DNA of 64,000 bases from Pelagibacteraceae bacterium AG-337-G06 (GCA_003282175.1 QBZX01000001.1:96615-160614), one strand, 5' to 3'; shown: positions 21,232-29,911, counted from the first letter of the stretch. Translations and numbers: made by a program. The notes: generated from the sequence alone by a model not told the origin.

Positions 21232-21266
21232 GTGCTTTGTGTCTAAAAATCGGATACAAATTTCTT

Positions 21267-21893
21267 ATGTTTTTAGACTTTACCCTTCTTTATTTTTTTA
21301 TTCCTTTGTTTTTTGTTATTTCTATAACCCCAGGTCTTTGCATGACTCTTGCTTTAACTATGGGCATTACCATTGGGCTAAAAAATACGATGAAAATGAT
21401 GGTTGGGGAACTCATGGGGGTACTATTAGTTGCTGGAAGCGCAGTTATTGGAGGTGGTGCAATTATTTCATCATATCCAATGACATTTCTTTTTTTTAAA
21501 TATGGAGGGGGAATTTATTTGATGTTTGTTGGCTATCAAATGTTCAATTCAAAAGGATCATTAGCATTAAATTTAGACGGAACACATTCTTTTGAAATTA
21601 ATTTTTTAAAGCTCGCAAGTCAGGGATTTATTACTGCAGTTGCCAACCCTAAAGGATGGGCTTTTTTTATTGCTATGGTACCTGCGTTCATCAATTATGA
21701 ATTAGCACTCATGCCTCAGATGTCAGCATTGGTTGTCATCATATTGATAATAGAATTCATATCTTTGATGATTTATGCAACTGGAGGACAGATGCTTGGA
21801 ATTATCTTGAAGAAACAAAAAAATATTAAATTAATTAATCGTTTAGCTGGCTTACTAATGGTAGGCGTTGGAATTTGGCTAGCTTTTAGTTAG
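21267..21893 (+). CDS. LysE/RhtB-family amino-acid exporter
   Basis: 'MFLDFTLLYFFIPLFFVISITPGLCMTLALTMG' is the typical LysE N-terminus, and the protein is about 208 aa. The upstream extension from 21162 (TTG) runs through the structured leader and was rejected. Confidence 0.85.
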   Translation: MFLDFTLLYFFIPLFFVISITPGLCMTLALTMGITIGLKNTMKMMVGELMGVLLVAGSAVIGGGAIISSYPMTFLFFKYGGGIYLMFVGYQMFNSKGSLALNLDGTHSFEINFLKLASQGFITAVANPKGWAFFIAMVPAFINYELALMPQMSALVVIILIIEFISLMIYATGGQMLGIILKKQKNIKLINRLAGLLMVGVGIWLAFS

Positions 21894-22625
21894 ACTCTGC
21901 TTAAAAAGCATCCCCGGTCCTTTAGTTGAGTCATGCCCAGAACCGCGAAACATATGCCATATCATTGCCTGGTTTGAAGATATAACAGGTTTACTCAGTA
22001 AACGTTCTGCCTCATCTATTATTTTAAATGTTTTCAAATTTGTGCACGAAATAAATACTGCATCACAATCATTTTTCCCAATTTCTAATATTGCTCTTAA
22101 ACAATCTTTATCAGATATTCTTGCAACTACTGTGTCATCAGACTCATTAAATGATTTCTCGTTTGATATATTAAAATTATCACTCTGAAGATTTTGTTTG
22201 AGTTTTTGAGTTACAGATTGTTCATAAGGAGAAACAAATGCAATATTCTTACATCCAAAGCTATTAAGCGCTTCCTTAACTGCTCTTATAGGATCTGTTA
22301 TAAAAGCATTTGTATGCTGCTCATTAATTAATTTATTTATTTTTTCAGAGCCAATTACTGTTGCACCTGAGGTACAAGCATATCCGATACTGTTAAAGTT
22401 GATTTTTGGAAGCAGTCCCACCGCAATTGGTAAATCATTTTCCATTTTTGCAAGGTTTTCATTATTTACAGATTGGTCACACGGAATCCTTGAGTGATAA
22501 ATGGCCATACTTTCATCAAGTGTGCTTCTAATTTCTTGCTCAATTGTCTCATCACTTTGCAGTACGATTAATCCAAATTTCATACTGTAATAGTTTGGAT
22601 CATCCAGCTCAAAATTCGTCTCCAT
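21879..22625 (-). CDS. Asp/Glu/hydantoin-racemase superfamily protein, maleate cis-trans isomerase-like
   Basis: Two-Cys signature 'GYACTSGA' and 'FISCTNLKT', plus 'SSNQAMIWH'. Its 3' end overlaps the lysE 3' end by 15 nt in convergent orientation. Confidence 0.75.
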   Translation of the reverse strand: METNFELDDPNYYSMKFGLIVLQSDETIEQEIRSTLDESMAIYHSRIPCDQSVNNENLAKMENDLPIAVGLLPKINFNSIGYACTSGATVIGSEKINKLINEQHTNAFITDPIRAVKEALNSFGCKNIAFVSPYEQSVTQKLKQNLQSDNFNISNEKSFNESDDTVVARISDKDCLRAILEIGKNDCDAVFISCTNLKTFKIIDEAERLLSKPVISSNQAMIWHMFRGSGHDSTKGPGMLFKQSLTKS

Positions 22626-22630
22626 AAAAC

Positions 22631-24139
22631 TTATCTCGCTGCTTTTGATATTACACTTCTAGTTTCTGCAGGATCAATCACCGCATCAATCTCAAGGTGA
22701 GCTGCGGCTTCAATTGCTTTCCCTTTTTCGTACAATTGATCGACTAACTTATTAAACATTTCTTCTCTCTTTTTTTCGTCTTTTATTTCATCAAGTTCTT
22801 TTTTGAATCCAAGCTTGATGGCACCTTCTAATCCCATTGCTCCAAATTCTCCAGTAGGCCATGCAGCTGAGTATACTGGTTGATGAAAGCTCCCCCCAGC
22901 TAATGCTTGCGCACCCAGTCCGTAACCTTTTCTTAAAAAAATTGTGATTAAAGGTATTTTTATTTGCGAACCTACTTTAAAAAGAGCAGACATTCTTCTA
23001 ACTGCCCCTTCTTCCTCACTATTAGGTCCTACCATAAAACCAGGGGTATCGACTAAAGAAATGATAGGAAGATTTTGAAGATTGCAAAGTTCAATAAAAC
23101 TTGCAGCTTTATCGGCTGACTCTGAATCGATTGCCCCACCTAAATGTTGACTGTCGCTCGCCATCAATCCAAACGCTTTTCCTTCAATGCGAATAAATCC
23201 TGTTACAATACTCTTCCCATACATCTGTTTGAGTTCTATAAAGGTATCTTTATCAGAAATGATGTTAATAATATTTCTGATTGGATAAGACCACTTTCTA
23301 TTTTTTGGCATGATATCTTTTAATTGAGCCTGATCTTCAACTTTCCAATCAACTAAATCACCTTGAAAGTAAGAAAGTATTTTCTTTGCAAAATCTGTTG
23401 CTTCGGCTTCATCTTTTGCCACTAAATCAATGACACCATTTTTTTCATTTACTTCTGATGGACCTATTTCTTTTGGGCTATAGGATCCAAGCCCCCCTCC
23501 CTCAATCATTGCAGGACCTGCCATACCAATCCATGAATTTTTAGTAGCTATTCTAATATCTGCACACCCAAATAGAGCAGCATTGCCTGCAAAACAAAAA
23601 CCATTATTTATGGCAATTCGCAAGCACCTTCCAGTGAGACCCCCCCATAAAGCAAAAGTAGGGACATGCAATCCGGCAATGCTTGTAGTGATGTCTGTAT
23701 CGCCTGGTCTACCCCCTCCACCCTCAGTAAATATAACAATAGGTAGTTTGTATTTTTTTGCTTTCTCGCAAATCCTATCAAGCTTCATATGATGAAAATA
23801 ACCTTGTGTTCCCGCTAAGACAGAATAATCGTATACAATAGCAACAGCATCAGTTGACTCATTGTCTATTATTTTACTATTAATTTTACAGAATCCAGTG
23901 ATAACACCATCACCAGACGTTTCCATCAAAAGTTCTTCTTGGCTTTTACGACTTTTTTGAGCCGCTACAGCAAATGCTCCGTACTCAAGAAAGCTATCTT
24001 TATCGACAAGATCAAAAAGATTTTCCCTTGCAGTTCTTAAATTGAGTTTATGTCGTTTATTTTTTGCATTTTCTCTAAAATTATCAGTTGTTTTATTGAG
24101 CCGTTCAATAAATTCAGCAAAGTGTTTTTTTTCTTCCAT
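22631..24139 (-). CDS. Acyl-CoA carboxylase carboxyltransferase (beta) subunit family
   Basis: Duplicated crotonase-like CT domains with 'GGGGRPGD', 'GPAMIEGGGLG' and 'DTPGFMVG'. 502 aa. Confidence 0.85.
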   Translation of the reverse strand: MEEKKHFAEFIERLNKTTDNFRENAKNKRHKLNLRTARENLFDLVDKDSFLEYGAFAVAAQKSRKSQEELLMETSGDGVITGFCKINSKIIDNESTDAVAIVYDYSVLAGTQGYFHHMKLDRICEKAKKYKLPIVIFTEGGGGRPGDTDITTSIAGLHVPTFALWGGLTGRCLRIAINNGFCFAGNAALFGCADIRIATKNSWIGMAGPAMIEGGGLGSYSPKEIGPSEVNEKNGVIDLVAKDEAEATDFAKKILSYFQGDLVDWKVEDQAQLKDIMPKNRKWSYPIRNIINIISDKDTFIELKQMYGKSIVTGFIRIEGKAFGLMASDSQHLGGAIDSESADKAASFIELCNLQNLPIISLVDTPGFMVGPNSEEEGAVRRMSALFKVGSQIKIPLITIFLRKGYGLGAQALAGGSFHQPVYSAAWPTGEFGAMGLEGAIKLGFKKELDEIKDEKKREEMFNKLVDQLYEKGKAIEAAAHLEIDAVIDPAETRSVISKAAR

Positions 24140-24147
24140 AACTAGCT

Positions 24148-24678
24148 CTAAAGCATTTTTCTCAAAATCTTATCCTTTTGAAAAGCATGATGATATATGA
24201 CGGCGCTTAAATGGATAGAGAAAAGAATTAAAAGAAAATAAGCTGACAAAGCGTGAATTGCATAAAATCTATCAGCGAAATCAAAGTTGTAGTAATCAAT
24301 TGATGCTTTCATAATGATAAAATTGACTTCCTCACCGGATAATAAAAGCTTAGCTATGCCACTTATAGTGATGACTAATAAAGTCATATAGAAAAGTCCA
24401 TGCACAATCCGAGAGACAATAATCTGGATTTTGCTCATTGATATATTATCAATGGGCTTTGCATTAATTGATTTCCATATTAATCTTAGAAGAGTTATGT
24501 AAAAAATAGCCATGCCAATGATTGTATGAATATTTTCAATAGAAAGTTTAAATTCTGAAAATTCAAGATTATCTAAATATATTCCTAAAGGGAGTTGTAA
24601 CAATAATATAATAAAAGTAATCCAGTGAAAAAAACGTGCAAGAAATCCATAAGAATTAGTGTCATTTGTAATTTTCAT
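24148..24678 (-). CDS. Cytochrome b561 family protein
   Basis: Four TM helices with conserved His residues ('RFFHWITF', 'ENIHTIIG', 'RIVHGLFY', 'AIHALSAY'). Confidence 0.8.
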   Translation of the reverse strand: MKITNDTNSYGFLARFFHWITFIILLLQLPLGIYLDNLEFSEFKLSIENIHTIIGMAIFYITLLRLIWKSINAKPIDNISMSKIQIIVSRIVHGLFYMTLLVITISGIAKLLLSGEEVNFIIMKASIDYYNFDFADRFYAIHALSAYFLLILFSIHLSAVIYHHAFQKDKILRKML

Positions 24679-24695
24679 ATTATATAATTAAGTGC

Positions 24696-25148
24696 ATGAT
24701 TAATTTTTTTCAATTTCTTGTCTCCACAATTCTATCGATATTAATCTTAATTGTAATTGCTTTTGCAGACGATCATGGAAATATTATTAAAGAGAGGAAA
24801 TCACTATTTAAGCAGAATTATAGCCATGCTAAGAGAATGAGCGCTGAAATTACTAAAGGGAATAATGAGAAAGTTATTGAGCTATCACAAAAGATGAGCA
24901 CAAATTATGACAGGCTTTTAGATTTATTCCCAGATAACGCCAAAACAGGCTACGATACAGAGGCTTTGCCAACGATATGGCTACAAAAAGAAGAGTTTAA
25001 TACTCTCATGATAGAGACTTCAAATAAGGTTAAAGAATTTACAGTTCTTGCATCCGAACTAACCGGCAACGAGTTGAAAGATGCCCAAAAGAAACTAATC
25101 TGGTCAAGTTGTAAGACTTGTCACGATAAGTTTAGAATGCCTCATTAA
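24696..25148 (+). CDS. Class II cytochrome c (c'/c-556 type)
   Basis: Signal/anchor peptide, a helical body, and a C-terminal haem site 'CKTCHDKFR'. Divergent from the cytochrome b561 gene. Confidence 0.75.
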   Translation: MINFFQFLVSTILSILILIVIAFADDHGNIIKERKSLFKQNYSHAKRMSAEITKGNNEKVIELSQKMSTNYDRLLDLFPDNAKTGYDTEALPTIWLQKEEFNTLMIETSNKVKEFTVLASELTGNELKDAQKKLIWSSCKTCHDKFRMPH

Positions 25149-25150
25149 AC

Positions 25151-25573
25151 TTAAGCTACAATTGTCATACTAATTATTCTTCTTATACCAGGATCATTGT
25201 TTTTATAACGATGCTCAAAAATAAAAACTCCTTGCCATGTTCCCAAATCAAGCTTTTTTTCTTTGATAGGTATATTAATGCTTGTATTTGTTAAAGCTGA
25301 CTTAATATGGGCTGGCATATCGTCAGGCCCTTCTTCCCTGTGCGCATAATTTTCTGATTCAGGGACTACACGATCAAAAAAATCTAATATGTCCTTCAGA
25401 ACATTTGGATCCGCATTTTCTTGAATAATAAGTGATGCTGAAGTGTGCTTAATAAATAATGTACACAAACCTTTTGCAATTCTGTGTTTTGCGATAGCCT
25501 GGTTTATTATTTCAGTGATATTATAAAGCCCTTTTCCATCAATAGTTATCTCGAGTTCTTTTTGGATTAACAT
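25151..25573 (-). CDS. YjbQ/UPF0047-family protein (secondary thiamine-phosphate synthase-like)
   Basis: 'HTSASLIIQENADPNV...DMPAHIKS...G.WQGVFIFEHR' signature. The start was moved to ATG 25573 (MLIQKELEI...), which removes the overlap with selO. Confidence 0.85.
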   Translation of the reverse strand: MLIQKELEITIDGKGLYNITEIINQAIAKHRIAKGLCTLFIKHTSASLIIQENADPNVLKDILDFFDRVVPESENYAHREEGPDDMPAHIKSALTNTSINIPIKEKKLDLGTWQGVFIFEHRYKNNDPGIRRIISMTIVA

Positions 25574-25615
25574 TTTAGATATCAATAAGTAGGAATTTAA
25601 ATTAAATTTATAATA

Positions 25616-27079
25616 ATGATAAATCATAATGAGTCATTTTCAAATATTGGATTAAAGCTGAAGGCAACTTATACCCAATTGCCTGAGATTCTTTTCTCTA
25701 AACTAATGCCTATAAGTGTTAAAGACCCCAAAACTGTAGCTCTCAATGAAGCATTATCTACAGAATTGGGAATTGATTTTTCGAAACTGTCTAGTGAAGA
25801 CCTCTCTAATTTTTTATCTGGTAATACAATACCCAGTGGAATTGGTCCTTTCGCACAAGCATACGCTGGTCATCAATTTGGAAATTTTACAATTCTTGGC
25901 GATGGAAGAGCTCTAACTATAGGAGAGCAAAGCACACCTAAAGGCGAACTTTATGATATTCAGTTTAAGGGATCAGGAAGAACACCATACTCAAGGGGAG
26001 GCGATGGAAGAGCTGCTTTGGGTCCTATGCTTCGCGAATATTTAATTAGTGAAGCCATGTTCTATTTAAATATTCCTACCACAAGAAGTCTTGCTGTTGT
26101 TGAAACAGGAGAAAAAGTTTTTAGAGAGACTCCTTTAAAAGGAGCCATCTTAACAAGAGTTGCAGCTAGTCATGTTAGGTTTGGCACATTCCAATTCTTA
26201 GCAGCACATAAAGACATCGATGCTATGTCAAAGTTACTTGACTACTGCATCAAAAGACATTTTCCGGATATCTTAGATAGTCCAAATAAAGTAATTAAAT
26301 TTATAGAGTTAGTGATGTCAAAACAAATTGATTTGATTGTAAACTGGATGAGGGTTGGATTTATACATGGTGTTATGAATACTGATAATTCAACCATTTG
26401 TGGAGAAACTATAGACTACGGTCCATGCGCATTTATGGATCAGTATGATCATAAAGCAGTGTTTAGTTCTATTGATTTTCAAGGAAGGTACGCCTATGGT
26501 AATCAACCTACTACTATTCATTGGAATTTAATTAGACTTGCTGAAAGTTTGCTACCTTTAATTGATAAAGATGAGTCAAGATCAATAGAAATCGCCCAGA
26601 AAACAATCGACTCATTCAGTAAAATTTTTAACAAAAAATGGCAAAAAATGATGAGATCAAAACTTGGAATAAATAATCGAAGCGGAGAGGATGATGTTTT
26701 AGTCAAAGATTTGCTTACATGGATGCAATCAAAAAAACCAGACTTCACTAATACTTTTTGTAACTTGATGGGCAGTAAACATGCAAATGATAGGGAGTTT
26801 GAGGATGAAGACTTCATATTATGGAAAAAAAATTGGAAAGAAAGGGTCAATAATATTGATTATCTAAATATCATGAAAAAAACAAATCCTATTTTAATTC
26901 CTAGAAATTATTTAGTTGAAGAAGCTTTAACTGAAGCTGAAGCAGAAGGCAAATTCACTAAATTTAATGAACTACTTGTTGTTCTTTCAAAGCCATATGA
27001 GCAACTAGACATCGATGAAAAATATTCGAAAACCCCTCAAATTCAAGCTGAACCTTACAGGACTTTCTGCGGAACATAG
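25616..27079 (+). CDS. selO: Protein adenylyltransferase SelO (YdiU)
   Basis: 'YAGHQFGNFTILGDGRA', 'QFKGSGRTPYSRGGDGRA', 'GFIHGVMNTDN' and 'DYGPCAFMD' motifs. Confidence 0.9.
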   Translation: MINHNESFSNIGLKLKATYTQLPEILFSKLMPISVKDPKTVALNEALSTELGIDFSKLSSEDLSNFLSGNTIPSGIGPFAQAYAGHQFGNFTILGDGRALTIGEQSTPKGELYDIQFKGSGRTPYSRGGDGRAALGPMLREYLISEAMFYLNIPTTRSLAVVETGEKVFRETPLKGAILTRVAASHVRFGTFQFLAAHKDIDAMSKLLDYCIKRHFPDILDSPNKVIKFIELVMSKQIDLIVNWMRVGFIHGVMNTDNSTICGETIDYGPCAFMDQYDHKAVFSSIDFQGRYAYGNQPTTIHWNLIRLAESLLPLIDKDESRSIEIAQKTIDSFSKIFNKKWQKMMRSKLGINNRSGEDDVLVKDLLTWMQSKKPDFTNTFCNLMGSKHANDREFEDEDFILWKKNWKERVNNIDYLNIMKKTNPILIPRNYLVEEALTEAEAEGKFTKFNELLVVLSKPYEQLDIDEKYSKTPQIQAEPYRTFCGT

Positions 27080-27111
27080 ACGAAAATTGCCATAAATTAT
27101 CTACATTTCTT

Positions 27112-27137
27112 AAGCAAATAAAATTTGCTTTTTTATT
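27112..27137 (+). terminator. Rho-independent terminator after selO
   Basis: AAGCAAAT (27112-19) and ATTTGCTT (27123-30) form an 8-bp stem with a 3-nt loop, followed by TTTTATT. The stem is AT-rich, so it is weak. Confidence 0.5.
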
Positions 27138-27229
27138 AGATATCACTATAAGATCGTTTTAAAGATTGAGTGCTTGTTCCTAACTGGACTTGAACGAAGT
27201 CTAATTTTAAACAAAGGAATAAGAATAAT

Positions 27230-27436
27230 ATGGCTACTGGTACTGTTAAATGGTTTAATCCAAAAAAAGGTTATGGTTTTGTTGCACCTGATGAGGGCGA
27301 AAAGGACATCTTTGTTCACATCACTGCTGTTCAAGCAGCTGGTATAAATAGATTGGATGAAGGCCAAAAAATAAGCTATGAAGCTGAAGAAAAAAACGGA
27401 AAAGTATCTGCAGTAAATTTGCAGATTTCTGATTAA
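27230..27436 (+). CDS. cspA: Cold-shock protein (CspA family)
   Basis: '[15 protein letters not shown]' (RNP1) and 'IFVHITAV' (RNP2), 68 aa. Confidence 0.95.
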   Translation: MATGTVKWFNPKKGYGFVAPDEGEKDIFVHITAVQAAGINRLDEGQKISYEAEEKNGKVSAVNLQISD

Positions 27437-27438
27437 AT

Positions 27439-27816
27439 TTAAGCAGCTCTATAAATTATATCTAGCCACATTGTGAATTCGTCTATCAATTCACTAGAGG
27501 GCTGGATAATTTTAACTCTCTTATCTTTTAAACTCACCTGAGTTGTTAGTGATCCTTTACTGATTTCATCATTAATGAAATTTATGATAGTTGCTCTGGA
27601 TGCTAATTCAGCCATGTTTTTTGTTAAGTATTCTTTTGTGCATTCAATTTTATTTTTATCTTCGTCAAAATACAATTTCATTATTTCAAAACAAATTCTG
27701 ATACCGTAAACAGAGCGTCTAAAATGACTTAGTCGTCCAAATACTCTCTTGTCACCTGCAGAATCAAAAACTTTAATCTGTTGACTGACACCCTTGAAAA
27801 TTTTTTCTGATCTCAT
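27439..27816 (-). CDS. Hypothetical protein, possible winged-helix DNA-binding protein
   Basis: 125 aa. The C-terminal half 'NMAELASRATIINFINDEISKGSLTTQVSLKDKRVKIIQPS' has a MarR-like HTH-wing pattern. This is a by-eye call with no family recognised. Confidence 0.4.
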   Translation of the reverse strand: MRSEKIFKGVSQQIKVFDSAGDKRVFGRLSHFRRSVYGIRICFEIMKLYFDEDKNKIECTKEYLTKNMAELASRATIINFINDEISKGSLTTQVSLKDKRVKIIQPSSELIDEFTMWLDIIYRAA

Positions 27817-27840
27817 TTTAAGTTTCCCTATTAAACGTTA

Positions 27841-27880
27841 AATTATTATTAATTTTTATAGATAAAAATTAATAATAATT
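27841..27880. repeat. Perfect inverted repeat (19-bp arms, 2-bp centre) in a divergent promoter region
   Basis: The sequence is AATTATTATTAATTTTTAT-AG-ATAAAAATTAATAATAATT. The arms at 27841-59 and 27862-80 are exact reverse complements. It lies between the starts of the 27816(-) and 27965(+) ORFs. Confidence 0.9.
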
Positions 27881-27964
27881 ACCTGCCACATTGGCGTTTT
27901 ATACTAGATTGATGCTATTTTGAAGCATATGTGCTAATTATTAGTATTAATAGATTTACTTATC

Positions 27965-28192
27965 TTGAATAAAAAAAACTCATCTGCAATTTGGAAACTT
28001 ATTCAAGAAACTGGTGATTTTCTGAAAGGTAAACTGCCACCTCATCCTAACCATCCAACAGGAAGAAATCCATATGCTCATGTGGCTCTTATGGTTAAAA
28101 ATCATTTTGGAATGTCCTATAAGGATGTTTCAGATGATAAGAAGGAAGAGATAATAAAATATTTAGATTATTTGAGAGATAATCCAGAGTGA
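27965..28192 (+). CDS. Hypothetical 75-aa protein (TTG start per ORF track)
   Basis: Non-low-complexity sequence with a GC-costly Pro/His-rich stretch, 'PPHPNHPTGRNPYAHVALMVKNHFG', in an AT-rich genome. That suggests real coding sequence. No family recognised. Confidence 0.4.
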   Translation: MNKKNSSAIWKLIQETGDFLKGKLPPHPNHPTGRNPYAHVALMVKNHFGMSYKDVSDDKKEEIIKYLDYLRDNPE

Positions 28193-28202
28193 ATAAATTG
28201 CT

Positions 28203-29027
28203 TTAAGGTTTCCATTCTGGCGTTCCAAAAAAAGACAAAAGTTTATTTTTTAAACCTGAAGATTTTTTAAAATGAGTATACATTAAATACCAAAACATAA
28301 AGGTTATTTTTAAAGGGTTAAAAGTCTTGACATTTTCTCGTATTCCGTAGGTAACCTCTTCATCTTCAGCAGCAAAAGTTCCAAATATTTTATCCCAGAC
28401 GATTAGAAGATTTCCATAATTTTTATCAATATAAAATTCATTGCTGCCATGGTGCACGCGGTGATGTGATGGGGTAATAAATAAATACTCAAGTATGCCT
28501 AGTTTGCCAACCCATTTTGTATGCGTTAATAGTCCATAAAGAGTTGATATGGCCCCCGCAACTGCGGTAATAATTGGATCAAAGCCAATAAGTGGCATTA
28601 TGGCAAAAAAGGGTACTTTCGTTAACGAACCAAACCATGGTTGTCTAAGGGCTACAGAGAAATTCATTTCTTCACTTGAGTGATGATTCATATGTACTGC
28701 CCATAAAAATCTTACTCTGTGCGAGCATCGGTGGTACCAATAATAGACGAAGTCAATAATTATAAATGTCAAAGCCCAAACAGCCCAAGAAGGCAACAAT
28801 TCATTTATCGTTAACAATTTATATTGATAAAGATAAAGTGAGAAAAAAAAGATAGAACTTTTTGTTAAAAGGGAAATTGTGACATTGCCAAACAATAGTC
28901 CAAAACCTGCAAGCGAGTCTTTTAACTTATAGTATCCTAAATTATTGATCGTTGAGTAAGCCACTTCAGCAATAATAAGCGATAGAACTATAGGAATACC
29001 GTATAAATATATATCTAATTCATTCAT
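28203..29027 (-). CDS. Fatty acid hydroxylase / sterol desaturase-family membrane di-iron enzyme
   Basis: Three His boxes: 'HRCSHR', 'HMNHH', 'HHRVHH'. Four or more TM helices. Confidence 0.85.
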   Translation of the reverse strand: MNELDIYLYGIPIVLSLIIAEVAYSTINNLGYYKLKDSLAGFGLLFGNVTISLLTKSSIFFFSLYLYQYKLLTINELLPSWAVWALTFIIIDFVYYWYHRCSHRVRFLWAVHMNHHSSEEMNFSVALRQPWFGSLTKVPFFAIMPLIGFDPIITAVAGAISTLYGLLTHTKWVGKLGILEYLFITPSHHRVHHGSNEFYIDKNYGNLLIVWDKIFGTFAAEDEEVTYGIRENVKTFNPLKITFMFWYLMYTHFKKSSGLKNKLLSFFGTPEWKP

Positions 29028-29073
29028 GTTTTTTCTATTGAAATATATAACATTAGATTTAATTGATAAAAGT

Positions 29074-29643
29074 ATGAAAAATATATTATTTATAACAATT
29101 ATTACATTTACCCTAATTTGCTCAGCTTTTTCAGCAGGAGGCGGTGGATCAGGAGGTAGTTCAGGCGGTGGATCAGGAGGTAGTTCAGGCGGTGGATCAG
29201 GAGGTAGTTCAGGCGGTTCGGGAGGTAGCTCTGGTGAATCAGATGGTACTGGCTATCGTGGTTCTACTGGTTTTGATGCAGAATTAAAAAAAATTGTTCA
29301 TGAAATTGAGAAGATGCAGAATTACGAGTTTGCCCTAAAAGAATTAGAGGTATATGTCTATGAAAATCCTGAAAATGCACATGGTTGGAATTTTATTGGA
29401 TTTACTAGTAGAAAATTAAGTAGGTATGAGGAAGCCGAGATTTATTATAAAACTGGCCTCGAGATCGACCCAAATCACGAAGGGATATTAGCTTATCAGG
29501 GTGAGCTTTTCCTTGAAACTGAAAGATATGAGAAGGCTCTAGCGAACTATGCCCAGCTTTCAGATCTTTGCAATTTTAATTGTACCGAAAAAAAAGAGTT
29601 GGGTGATGCAATTGCTCAATATGAGATAGATAATAATCTCTAA
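29074..29643 (+). CDS. Secreted TPR-repeat protein with Gly/Ser-repeat linker
   Basis: Signal peptide 'MKNILFITIITFTLICSAFSA', then (GGGSGGSS)x3 plus a degenerate copy, then about 3 TPR units ('AHGWNFIGFTSRKLSRYEEAEIYYKTGLEIDPNH...'). The start was moved from 29026 to ATG 29074. Confidence 0.7.
   Translation: MKNILFITIITFTLICSAFSAGGGGSGGSSGGGSGGSSGGGSGGSSGGSGGSSGESDGTGYRGSTGFDAELKKIVHEIEKMQNYEFALKELEVYVYENPENAHGWNFIGFTSRKLSRYEEAEIYYKTGLEIDPNHEGILAYQGELFLETERYEKALANYAQLSDLCNFNCTEKKELGDAIAQYEIDNNL
29140..29211 (+). repeat. Perfect 24-bp tandem repeat x3 (encodes GGGSGGSS)
   Basis: GGCGGTGGATCAGGAGGTAGTTCA occurs at 29140-63, 29164-87 and 29188-211 with no mismatch. A degenerate fourth copy follows to about 29232. 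Confidence 0.95.
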
Positions 29644-29691
29644 ATTGTTGATTTCTCTGAAATCCCTCATTATTCTCACTAATTAGTAAGT

Positions 29692-29910
29692 ATGATTAAA
29701 TTTTTAGTATTTTTCGTTTTAGGTGCAGCTACTTTATATTTTATTATCCGCGCATTTGTTAACAGTGAACCAGGAAAAGTTGGACGATTTTTGAAGGTTA
29801 TTTTCATAGCAGCTATAATCTTTGGAACAATTTATTTATTGTTTCGAGGTAATCTTGGTTTTCTCGCACCGCTTGTTGGCTTAGCTAGAAGATTGTTAGT
29901 TGGCTTTTAA
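29692..29910 (+). CDS. Hypothetical 72-aa membrane protein (2-3 TM)
   Basis: Hydrophobic segments 'FLVFFVLGAATLYFII' and 'VIFIAAIIFGTIYLLF'. It lies in operon position between the TPR and beta-helix genes. Confidence 0.45.
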   Translation: MIKFLVFFVLGAATLYFIIRAFVNSEPGKVGRFLKVIFIAAIIFGTIYLLFRGNLGFLAPLVGLARRLLVGF

Positions 29911-29911
29911 A

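Noticed and set aside
21158-21266. ORF-track starts at 21158 and 21162 (TTG), giving a 113-aa ORF and an N-extended LysE.
   Set aside because: The extension runs through the GC-rich hairpin/U8 leader and is not LysE-like. The canonical LysE N-terminus begins at ATG 21267. The 113-aa ORF is an out-of-frame shadow.
29026-29073. Upstream start for the TPR protein (MFFLLKYITLDLIDKS...).
   Set aside because: It overlaps the start codon of the divergent hydroxylase gene and precedes an obvious signal peptide that begins at ATG 29074.
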